Source: Microbotryum violaceum (taxonomy: Eukaryota). Taken from it: 64,000 bases of DNA. Positions 15,250 to 26,428 of this stretch are shown here, in pieces. The stretch is taken from NCBI GenBank assembly GCA_001244265.2, contig CDLV01000019.1:434001-498000 (forward strand), in the 5' to 3' direction. Positions within the stretch are counted from its first letter, which is position 1; every line of letters starts with the position of its first letter. Under the pieces are notes generated by a model. That model saw nothing but the letters and a program-made list of their open reading frames with translations. It did not search any database and was not told the DNA's origin. Made by a program: the position numbers and the translations under genes.

Positions 15250-15553
15250 CTCCCTCCTCTCTTTTGCTTTTGAACGTCTCGGTCGAAAACAACATCATGT
15301 CGATGAACAACTTGCCGAAATGTGTGAAGGTCGAGGACGCCGCGGCCGAGGGTCAAGGCGGGGACTCGGAGCCCGAAGCCGGAAATGTTCGAGGTCCTGG
15401 GTCGGCGGCGATGGGTGCGACGCGTGTTCGGAGGCTGAACTTGATGGCGTCGAGGGTACCCATTGGTCCACCGGTGTCCCATCTGGTTGACTACGTAGAA
15501 TTAGTGGGGGGAACCTTTGGTAGCTTCTCTCGCTTTCTTTCTTCGGCGCTTCT

Positions 15554-15700
15554 GCAAAAAGAAAGGGGGGGGGGAGTGTCATAGTCAGGGGCCTATGTCA
15601 GCTAAAGGGCTTAGTTCGTAATCAAAGCTACATCTTGATTACTGTTCCCTTTTGGTGGCCATGTGGCTCGAGCCCCAGACTTAATTAGGTTCTCAGCCGC
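15554..15700 (+). mobile_element. PPT plus start of a second LTR remnant
   Basis: Purine tract GCAAAAAGAAA-poly(G)-AG followed by TGTCATAGTCA at 15577. Right end not identified. Confidence 0.35.
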
Positions 15701-16322
15701 GCGCGCACGCCCCGATCTTTCCCCCTCCCCACCCAACCCCCCCCCCACGGTCCGGGAGGTGGGTGCACTAGTATTAGAAGATCGCACCACAAAACACCTC
15801 CATATAACTCCACGAATTAAGGTTCTCAGGAGCGCGCGCGTGCCGATCTTGTTTTCTCCCCCTCACGGTGACTGCAGGGAGGTGCGGACCGCGCTCGCAA
15901 CGACCTTGAATCAGGCAGTGGGCACGAGCCCTACTACTAGCCGCAGAGCCCTACTAGTTATACCAGCAAGAACTACTATATCCTCAATGATTGCCAAAAA
16001 TAGGAGCGGAAATACATAAAAACCTTGCCTAAAAAACAGAGTTGCACCCAGGTATTTTCTACCTTACTCGTCTGGTGACCACTTCAAAGTTCAAGGTCGG
16101 TTCTGGATTGACTGGACGCGTCGATCCCTCGGCGAGGCCCTGCGAGGCCTGCTGCCCGGCGCTCAGGCTCAGGTTTCTGGTGCGATCGACTCTCAGCTCG
16201 AGTTCCTCACCTCCTCGCTCCACTGACTCAGGACTGTAGACCATTCTTAGCCTGGCGCTGCGTTGACGGGTGTGTGCATCTGTGCGTGTGCTTGCGAGTG
16301 TGTGTGCCAACGAATGCGTGTT

Positions 16323-19300
16323 ATGAACCCGAGGGCCTCGACTGCTCGCGGCGACGACTCTCGAACTCGACTCTCAACGATCTCAACGCCCGTGCCAGCA
16401 GCGGCAGCACCGACAGCGGCAGCGGCAGCGGCTGCGACTGCACCGTCGTCAATGTCGTCGTACGACAGTCCAGCAGTGATGCACATCGTATCGCACACCC
16501 ACACACCCTCACTTGCATCCGATAGTCGGCGTGGTTCTTCGTCCGGCGCAGCAAGCGGATCCGAAGACTCGTACACGATGCCCGCCTCGGTGCCCATCGC
16601 GGATTCCAGCAGCATGACGATCCCGTCGTCGCCTCCGCTCGCTGATTCGCAGGCATGGAGCGACTGGTACGGAGAAGGCAACTGGCACCCCTCAATCGCG
16701 CCTTCCATCCCCGCCAGTCTGCACGACCTCATCCACAACCCCGATACGTTCCCTACAACGCCTCAGCTTGATTTCGACGATGTACTCGGTCCCGAGGTCG
16801 ACCCAGCCGCTGCAGTTTCGACAGGTTCACACGCTCGGGAGCAAGTGTCTCCGGCGGGCACCGCGCCGCGATCCCGACACCACGACGGCGGCGGCGGCGG
16901 CGAAGTTGATGTTAACCCTGACATTCAAGAGGGAAAGGACGTCTTGGTCGGTCCGAATGCTTCGATAGGAGCAGGGATGGCAAGGACCGGTAGCTACAAC
17001 GATGACGACCCCCACCCTGGTTCGTCGCTGTCTATCGTAGCCAGCTCTCCTTCCCTGTCTACGGACGACAGTCGGTCAAGTTTATCGTCGTTCGGCGTCA
17101 ACTCGATAGCGTCGGGCGATGTGGCCGACATCATCAAGCAGTTCCGGACTCGGGGTTACTTGCCGGGCCCGAAAAGTCGGCACGAGGAGGAGCGCATGCG
17201 CATCGTCCAAAGGTACGATCTCGAGTCGCCGAAACGACGAGCCGCGGTCGACCGCATCTGTCGCATCGCCAAAGCCTACTTCAACACACATACCATCGTC
17301 ATCACCCTGGTCTTTGAGGGCCACACTGTCTTTGCGGCCGAAGCAGGGTTTGACCCTGATGGGGACCCGAGTCTCGAAACGCCCGTGCGCAAGATGCCGA
17401 TCGACACCTCGCTGTGCACGCACAACCTGGCTCGGATCAAGGACCGGGAAGTTATGATTGTACCGGACCTAAGTAAGGATTGGCGCTTCCGCAACAACGT
17501 CAGTCACCAGGCATTGAGAGTGATCTTGTGGCGGGACGAGACCGACCCTAGAGCCCAAAATGCTGACTCGGATATGCCCTGCATCCACACAGCCTCAATC
17601 GATTGCCTCTGGTGGTAGACTGGCCTTTTACGCGGGTGCCGCCATTCATTTGCCGACGACCTCAGACTCCCCGGATGCACCTCGAACCATCCCTGTCGGA
17701 TCGATCTGCGTCTTGTCCGACAAGCCACGGGCGGCGAATGACTTCAGCGAGGACGACCAGCAGGTCTTGAAAGACCTCAGTTCGCTCGTTGCCGAACAGT
17801 TCACTTTGGGTTATGAACAGCTCCGTCGCGATCGAGAACGCCAGCAGACCGAGTTCCTGGGCACCTTCCTCGAGACCACGCTCGTGCAACCCCTCAACTC
17901 GAGTGAACGATTGCGCGCCGCAGACGCCTCATCCTCGGCGCCGGTAACCGTCGCATCACTGCCTTCGGCCGCCGCACAGACACTTGGGCGGTCCTTCCAA
18001 ATGGCGGCTCACGAGATGCGAGGCTTGACGGGGGCGACATGCACGGCCATTGTTGACTTGAGGACATTTCGGCTGCCGCACCCGCAGCAAATGGTTGATG
18101 TCTCCGACTTGGATGATGATGCCGTCGACGCGCTGGGCAGCATTTGCATGTTCGCTAGCGATGGGGACGTCGATTGGGACGAACTAGTCGCCAACCAACA
18201 CCTCGAAGTGGCACGGGCGGCGATCAAGACCGTGCGAGTTTGGCGACAAGACGGCCCGACCAACTTCATTGGTGCCGAGCAATCGCCTTTTGCCCCCCTG
18301 CTGCCTAAAAACGTGACGGCCACCACGATCGTACCTGTGGCCGAACTCGATGGTATCGTTGCATTCATGCTTATCTTCACATCATCGAGCCCGCATTTCG
18401 TATTTGAAAAGGCCGACCGGAAGTTTGCTTGCAACGTGGGCTCGGTTCTCGCGTCGGCCCTGCTGCGGGAACGGGCGCTCTTGGCCGATCGAGCCAAACT
18501 GGCGTTCGTCTCCCAAGTCTCGCACGAGCTTCGAACGCCACTCTTCGCCGTGGCCTCCCAACTCGAGCTGCTGCGCGAATTCTCGACCCCCCAAGAGCTG
18601 AAGAAGATCAGCCCCATGCTCGACGTGGCCGACGTTTGTCTCGAATCACTGCGAGACGTGCTCGACGATACCTTGGACGTGGCCAAATTCTCCAACTCGA
18701 CGAGCGAGATGACGGCGCACCAACGCTCGGCCCTGGCCCGAACGGATTTGGCACGACTGGCCGCAGAGGTTTCGCAGGCGTGCTTCATCCGCAAGCGGCG
18801 CTCCGATTATGTTACAAAGGATCAGATCCTGGTCCAGAACGACCCGACTCAACGGCGGCCAGACATCGCCTCGACGACGGTCGAACTGATCCTCGAGGTC
18901 GAAGAACGCGAGGCGGGGTGGGAGGCGATGATCGACGTCGGCGGCTTGAAGCGCGTGCTGTTGAATCTTTTGGGCAACTCGCTCAAGTTTACCGAGGAAG
19001 GCTATGTCAAAATCTCGCTTCGAGAAGTGAGCAGTCCGCCTGTGCGGGCCAATGACGATGACTCGAAGAGCGTGGTCGTCATTAAGGTAGAGGACACTGG
19101 CTGCGGCATGAGCGAGGAGTTCGTGCGATCGGGCTCCATCTTCACACCATTTGTACAAGAGAACCCGTTTCGCAGTGGCGCTGGACTGGGCATGTCGATT
19201 TGCGAGACCATCATCAAGAGGATGGGCGGTAAGATCGACGTCGTCTCTGCGCTTGGACAGGGCACGAGCATCCGCATCACGTTGCCCGTCGACTTTGCCT

Positions 19301-20474
19301 CGACCACGACCAATCCTGGTTCGCCGACGACGCCTCGGTCCAAGCTCAATTTTGCCGAGACCCCCTTGGCGTCTCGCTTCATCACAAACCCTTTCGCTCC
19401 TCGATCTCGGCCCGCATCTAGTCGCACGTCCCCGACGATAACATCCGGTTCGGCCCGCTTCGATGTGGAACCGTTGACGTTACATTCAGACGCGACCAGC
19501 GGGCATGATTCCGATTCGACGAAGCCGATGCGCAGACGGGTCATCAGTGAAGAGTTGTTAGCGTTGTTCAACCCCGGTTCGCAACTTGCAGCGACGCCAT
19601 TCGAGGAACGCCCCGAATACGACTTTTCTGCGGCCGTCAGCGCAGCGCAACAAGCGCTCAGTCAGACGGCATTAAAACGGATACCGTCGATGAAACGGAA
19701 AACGACGACCTCGTCGGTAACAGCGGACAAGTCGACGAGTATCGACCTCGTCGACGAGGTGGCCAAGTTGTCGATCGCGGCGCAGACACCGCCACCGAAG
19801 GAGGAGAGCAAATCGTCTTTGTTTTTCAATGACACGAGGCTGAATGCACCGTCGGTCACCGATGACGATGGACAACGACGGCGGACCGAGTCGGCGGCGG
19901 CAACCACGTCGCTGGACCAGACCGTGCCGGCGATGCAGGGCCCCAAGTTGAAGGTTCTGTACGCCGACGATAATGTCATCGCGAGGAACATCTTGTCCAA
20001 GCTCTTGTCTGGTAAGGGCGTTGCTCACGTCGCGGCCGTCGACGGACTGGACGCGGTGCAAAAGTTTGAAACGGAGGGGCCGTTCCACCTGGTGCTCTTG
20101 GACGTGCAGGTAATTTAGCTTTAGATGGCCCTCTACATCTCTTGGGTGATCCTGAGCTGACATGCGTTCGGACGATGTAGATGCCCAACAAAGACGGGAT
20201 TGAAGCCGCTTTTGACATCCGTCGAATCGAAAAGGAGCAAGCGCTCGCGCCAAGCCGGATTATCGCCTTGTCCGGTCTGTCGAACGAAGCTGACATGAGG
20301 AAGGCGGGCTGCTTGGACAACGTTGCGGGTCCGGTCGACCATTGGATCGTCAAGGGGAATCGATCGTTGAGGCAGGTCATGACGGAGGTGATGGCGCAGA
20401 AGGAGGTGATCGAGGAAGGTGCGGTCCCTTCACCTACGATCTCGGATCCTTCCAGTTCGAGGTCACCATCATGA
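16323..20474 (+). CDS. Hybrid sensor histidine kinase (GAF-HisKA-HATPase-REC)
   Basis: GAF (SLCTH, DLSKDWRFRNN|P, FYAGA, PVGSICV), H-box SQVSHELRTPL, N-box LLGNSLKFT, G1 DTGCGM, G2 GAGLGMSI, receiver YADDN...LLDVQ|MP. Introns ~17499-17591 and 20110-20180. Confidence 0.93.
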
Positions 20475-20991
20475 TCCGGGGTCATCAGCGTTGTGTGCTT
20501 TCTTCCGGACCCCGAGATGTTTAACGTGTCGTAAAGAGTGGATTTCAATTCCACCGTTGTGTTTCCATCATTTCCCAGCAGAACGAATCGTTCCCTCACC
20601 AGCAAACCATATCATACTCTTTGTTTTTCCTCTTCTTTAACCCTAGTAGTCTTTTGATGTTTGTACCACGCTCGACGACTGGTCCCGGAACCTTGTAGGA
20701 TTGTGTAATCGTGCGGGTACATTTTTGTTTTTGCCTTATCTTTTTTTGATAACTTTTCGTGTTCGTTTGGTAGTTGGAACTTGCGTTATTGCCTCGATGC
20801 GACTTTGTGCTTGAAGGTGATGTTGTGAGTGGCGTGGCAAACTTAGCGCGCGTTGCCGTGTCGGATCTTGTCTGATCCTGTCTGATCCTGTCGGCTCAGT
20901 GTCGGCTCGTCCCGGATGCGCGCGTGCCCGAGTGCCAACCGAGGTCGCTGTGGCTCTTCCACTCGCCTTCCCCACCCCAGGCTCGCCCAAG

Positions 20992-23351
20992 ATGAACTGG
21001 CTCGCTGACCAAGTCGAAGGGCTGGCCAAGCAGGCTAGCGTAAGTCGTGTGCCTAGACTGTGCCTCACTCGTTGCGTCGATTGTGTCCAGTGAGGTGACC
21101 GGTGGTGGTGGTGCGACGTGGAGCGCAGTCAGCCAGCCAGCGCGGGTGGTGTCGCCGACGCCGTGTCGCGCTACGATACGTTGATCGTGGCGGACGACGC
21201 GCCCGTGCTGCCTGAATTCTGAATTGGGTTTGGCGTGGTTCGAGCCAAGTGTGGCTGATGGAGCCTGAACCTATTACTGTGTATAGGAGATCACCATGTA
21301 CGACATCAAGAGCGTCGTCAACCAGGTCAGTGCTCAGCATCCCATGGGGGGGGTGGGAACGCGCCTCGCGTACGGATCGGCCACGAACGACCAGCTAAAC
21401 CCGACCCTCATCGCTCATCATCAGGCCAAGAACATCGTCATGAACTTTACCGAGATGGAAGCCAAAGTCAGGGACGCGACCAACGATGATGCATGGTTCG
21501 TCGGGCTTCCTTCTCTGGTGGAGGTCTCGTTCGTGCCATCGACTTGAGGCGACTGACGCGTGCGGTCTGACGCCGTCCTTCTCGCTTCCTCTCTTTCTTC
21601 GTCGGGTTTCTTAAATCGTCTCTAGGGGTGCAAGCTCGACCTTGATGCAAGACATCGCGCAAGGGTAGGTCATCCCGTCGAGAGGATCCGGTCTGCTCGG
21701 CCTAATTGCTGATCCGCATCGCGTGGGCTTGGGACCGGTGGTTGTTACAGGACCTTCAACTTGTGAGCAACGATCAATCTACAGCTTCACTCGTAAAAGA
21801 GCGCACACGGCTAATGCGAGTGAATCAACCCACACGTAGTCAACTCTTCAACGAGATCATGCCTACGATCTACGCTCGGTTCACCGAGAAGGAGGCTCGG
21901 CAATGGCGTCAGATATACAAGGCGCTCGTACTCTTGGAGTTAGTTGAATGGGTTCCTCGGACTCGTGAAACAGACGTTTGACCTGTACCTTCACGGAACA
22001 CTAGATACCTGGTCAAAAACGGCTCCGAGCGCGTGATCGACGATGCCCGAACCCACCTCAGTCTGATCAAGGTCCTGCGCAACTTCCACTACACCGATGA
22101 GAACGGCAAGGACCAAGGCATCAACGTGCGCAACCGCTCCAAGGAACTGGCCGAACTATTGGGCGACCTCGACCGCGTGCGTCAAGAGCGTCGCAAGGCG
22201 AAAGCCAACAGGAACAAGTACACCGGTGTCAGCAGTGATGGGTTCGGTGGTGGAGGCGGAGGCGGAGGAGGCCCTAGCTTCACCTCGGCGACAGGGTCGA
22301 GGTATGGCGGTTTCGGCAGTGACTCAATGGGCAGTGGCTCGGGCGGAGGTCGAGAAGGGGGTGACCATGGAGGCTTTTCCGACTCCCGTGCCCCGGCTGG
22401 TGATTTCGAAGAGTACGATGCCGGGGACTGGGAGGACAAGCCAAGTCGTTCCAACTCGGCGCCGACGCGAGCCTCGGGCTCTGGCTCCGGATCCCATTCA
22501 CGAGCATCAGCGAGTGTCAAGCCAACGCCGCCTGCTCCCAAGCCCGCGCCGCCCAAGGCCGAAGTCAACCTTTTTGACTTTGACGATGAAGACGACCAGC
22601 CCACGCCTCCGCCAAAGGCGAGCTCATTTGCTGCTCCGGCCTCTGCTGCCGCTTCCCTAGATGGTTCGTCCTTGTGACTAGATACAAGAAGCCCTGCCCT
22701 GTTCGATATCGTGGGCTTATCCGGGCTTCTCGTACAAACAGATGACTTTGACGATTTCCAATCCGCCGCACCCACTCCTTCCGTCCCCTCGCTCCCCATC
22801 TCCCCCGTCTCTGCCGCTCCCAAGCAAAACGCCTTTGCGATGCTCAACGCGCAACCTTCGACCCAGATCCGACCACCGCAATCGAGCCCCAACTCGGGTA
22901 TGATGGGGTCGTTCGCGCCTATGCAAGCCCAGTCCGCGATCCGACCCAACCCTCCCTCCCAGACCAACTCGACCACCTCGGTATTTAGTCAAAACTCGAC
23001 CTCGGCCTCGGCCGCCGCTGCTGCGCAAGTCAAGCCTAAAGCGGCTGCGGCAGATTTCTCGGATCTGTTCGGCTCGTTCGGTGGGGCCATTGCGCCGGCT
23101 GCTAAGAGTGGTTCGGCGAATGGTGGGATGACGATCGCTCAGATTGCGGAGAAGAAGCGACAAGAGTCCTTGTTCAATATGAGTAATGGTGAATTGATTA
23201 TCACGCTCCGAAATCTTAATTCAAAGAGATGGGAAGCTGATGAGTAGTGTTTCTGCGTGCGCTCAACTTCACAGCCGGTGTCAAGACACAATCCTATGGT
23301 GACGGAGGAGCATCGAGCACCGACGACAACGGATGGGGCTCGTTGCTTTGA
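20992..23351 (+). CDS. ENT3: ENTH-domain epsin-related protein (Ent3/epsinR-like)
   Basis: Spliced MYDIKSVVNQ|AKNIVMNFTEMEAKVRDATNDDAW|GASSTLMQDIAQG|TFNF|QLFNEIM...WRQIYKAL..LE|YLVKNGSERV...GKDQGINVR. Tail carries LFDF and DDFDDF motifs. Confidence 0.88.
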
Positions 23352-24001
23352 AGATGGGGCCCTGACATTTGGGAACACGAAGTCCTGACTTTATTCCGTT
23401 GTATCACCATACCTCCTTACGACTGCTACCTGTGATCACCTAGTTTGGGTTATCGCTGTACATGGCCGATCGCATAGGAACACCTCGTGAGAATGCGAGG
23501 ATGTGGACACCTCGGATCTCGCACACAGGGGCGTGACACAACGTGAGATAGCACTTTCGATGTCTCACTTTGCCTCTCGGCGGTTGTATTGAGCTGCGCA
23601 CCAACGGTGCTGAAACGGACAGTCGAATCTCCTGTCCGCACGTTCAGGGCCATGTCTTAGATATCTGAGCTTAGCGCTCAGCGTCCTCGAGATACTGGTC
23701 TCATGTTTTTTCGTGCTCCTGAGACTCGAGAGCAACATTGACCTGCAGGCTTTCTCTCTTTCTTGTTTCCCCCCCTCTCTCTCTCTGTCCATCTCCATCT
23801 CTGCACCCCTTTGCATTGCCTTGACGGCACCTTCGTCTTCAGCTCACTGCCCCACCACTTCTTTAAACCTCCTTTCCTCCCTGCGAACACGCTCCAAGCC
23901 CACACCACTCCCTACACACCAGTCCCTACATACCACCCAGTTCGGCCGTCGTTCACTCAGCCCCTTCGTTTATATTTGCGAATCTAATCTAGCTGGTCGC
24001 C

Positions 24002-26150
24002 ATGTTCTTCCGTGCCAGCACCGTGTTCACCTCCCTGCTACTGGTTGCGCCCGCTTTGGCGGAAGCTCCGAGCCCCGACAAGCGCGGGTTCAAGCTCGAG
24101 CTCCATTCGCGAGCTTCACACAATCCGCAGCATGCGGGTAAGGCCCCTAAATCAGGGTAAGTGTTTGTGTTTAAATATCTGGTATCTTGCGCGTGGGAAC
24201 ACTCCTCAGATCCTGCTGTGAGGGCAAGGAGGCGAATTTTGTTGTCCTCGAGGGGTCTGTACCGTGTCTCCTTTCCGGTTCGCCACGTAAGCGCGGCGGC
24301 CGCTTTCCTGTTCGGCTTCCCTGCGACAATCGGACACAAGCAATATCGAACAGAATGTATACCCAATATATCCGGACTTCTCACTGAGCTGAGCCATTAC
24401 TGCCACTGTTTCCCTCCCAGTCACGCCCAACCCTACGCAAAAAGGCTCAAGCATGGCCCGGCTCATCCCCGTCGCGGTGGGGCAAAGGCTCACCAAGGAC
24501 ACCCTCCCTTCCTCGCGGCGACGAAGGCGGGATCCAGGCAGTCCTTCGCCAACTTGGCGAACGTCGAGAGTGAGTCAACCGCTGACGAAAAAAAAAAAAA
24601 AAAAAAAAGTTTGGCGTTTCCCAGAGAGCTGATCCGTGCACGAGGCTGTCCAAAAAGACATCGATTGGAGCGTTGAGGTTACTTTCGGAAGTCCTCCGCA
24701 ACGCGTGCCCCTCTTCCTCTCGATGGGGTCCTCACTGTGAGTGAGACTTTAAACAAATGGAGCCTCCTGGAATTAGTTGATCGTCTGAGTGTGGTTCTCG
24801 GTCTGGGGTTCTCGGTCTTGGATGCACAGATCTAGCGTAGCCGACCAAAATATCAAGAGCGATGCCAAAACCAGATACAACCCCAGCAAGTCCTTGACCG
24901 CTCGCAATATGACCAAAGCCCAAGTGGACCCCAACAGTGAGGCGTTGCATCCTTTTGGAGGAGTGAAAGACCAAGTTGAGCTGATCCCACACATGCTCTT
25001 ACTGCACAGCTGGCGTCACCTTCATAACCTACAAGGACAAGATCTCCATTGGTGGTTTCGAGGTTTCCGACCAAACTTTTGCGGTCATGACCTCGACGCC
25101 GAATGGGGACCCTTTGGAGCGCGTTTATGATAGCCCTGTACCCTGGGCGGGAGCTTTGGCTCTAGGTCGTACTAGTAAAGGAACGCCGAGCTTGTCGTTC
25201 CTCGAGAATTTGATCCGATCGAAGGTTATTGATAACGCGGTCTGTGGTATTTCCCTCACCGTGGAAGGAGGCGCACTCTTTTTCGGCGGAATCGACTCTC
25301 ACTCTTTCAAAGGCAAGATCGTGTGGAGTCCTGTCGAAACCCACTACATGGAAGGTTTCTGGACGATCAAGACGGGCGGATGGGGCTGGAAAGGGAAAGT
25401 CGCTACTGGTACCGCTGGTCTTTTGCAATTCGCGCCCGAGAACACGTGAGCTGCTCCCGAAGTTCAATCCCCTGTCTTCGGGTTGTGCAGTAATACTGAT
25501 ATCAGCGTACTATCCTTAGGTACACCTATATTTCCGCGATCCTTGGCAACAAACTCTTCGCGGGCATCAAACATCATGTTGATTCCAAAACGCAGCGTTA
25601 CCTGCTGCCCTGCAATTCGAACGCGTCCGACACGATTGGGTTCTTCATCCACAACCGCATGTTTCCCGTTCCCATTCCCGACTTGATCTTGTTCCGTGAG
25701 TAATAGTATCTCAAAAGGGCCTTGGTTGCTGTATCGATAATAGTGTTCGAAAGAAGCAAGAAGGCGCTGACCAACCGCACATTGCTGTCGGCGTTTCCAC
25801 TTTGCAGCCTCGGATTCCGACCCTACCATGTGCCATACGGCTCTGCTTCAGGTTACTAACAAGCATATCCTGGACGATTATACCGTCGTCATGGGTGCGC
25901 TTCATATGAGGGTTAGTCCAATTGGATGAACTTTCTTCGCCGATGCGATGAGGCGGGCTATCGCTTTCGCTTCCCACGCTGACGAGTTTTTCGCATGGTA
26001 CTCCTCTTACTGCTTCACACGAATATTCAGTCCTTCTACACCATTCTCTCTTACGAAAAGGAACACGGCGGTCCCGCTATTGGGCTGGCGGAATCTTCCA
26101 TCAAAGTCATGGGCGGCGACCCCGGTCCCGGTGGTCATTCGGAGAAATAG
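24002..26150 (+). CDS. Secreted pepsin-fold (A1) protein lacking both catalytic aspartates (pseudo-peptidase)
   Basis: Signal peptide MFFRASTVFTSLLLVAPALA. Eight phase-compatible exons: 24002-24156, 24421-24569, 24658-24736, 24830-24936, 25010-25445, 25520-25695, 25808-25911, 26031-26150. Pepsin landmarks VTFGSPPQ, YNPSKS, DKISIGG, LFFGGID..FKGKIVW, YLLPC and AIGLA are present. The DTG positions read LSMGSS and FAPENT. Confidence 0.8.
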
Positions 26151-26428
26151 CGCAGCGTCTTAACGACCGGCGGCCTGGTGCCGTCGATGAGGAGGGAGTC
26201 ACTCGCACGGATTCCTTCCTTGTCTTTCTGATTTCAGCTATTTCAATTTATCCGAATTTTTCCTTCTTTTTGATGTGTTCCCCCCGGTGCTTTGTTCCCC
26301 TTATACCAACTATACTACGTTCGTCTCTTCAACTTCCTCGAAGCGAATACACATCTTTGATTTGCAATTCCATCCAGGATCCAAAAAGATCTACAAGAGT
26401 TCATTCCCCCCACCTGGCACCACGAAAC

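Noticed and set aside
15270-15350. QVVHRHDVVFD resembling the copia post-integrase SRDVVFDE motif
   Set aside because: Too short, and its position directly before a PPT/LTR is inconsistent with copia domain order.
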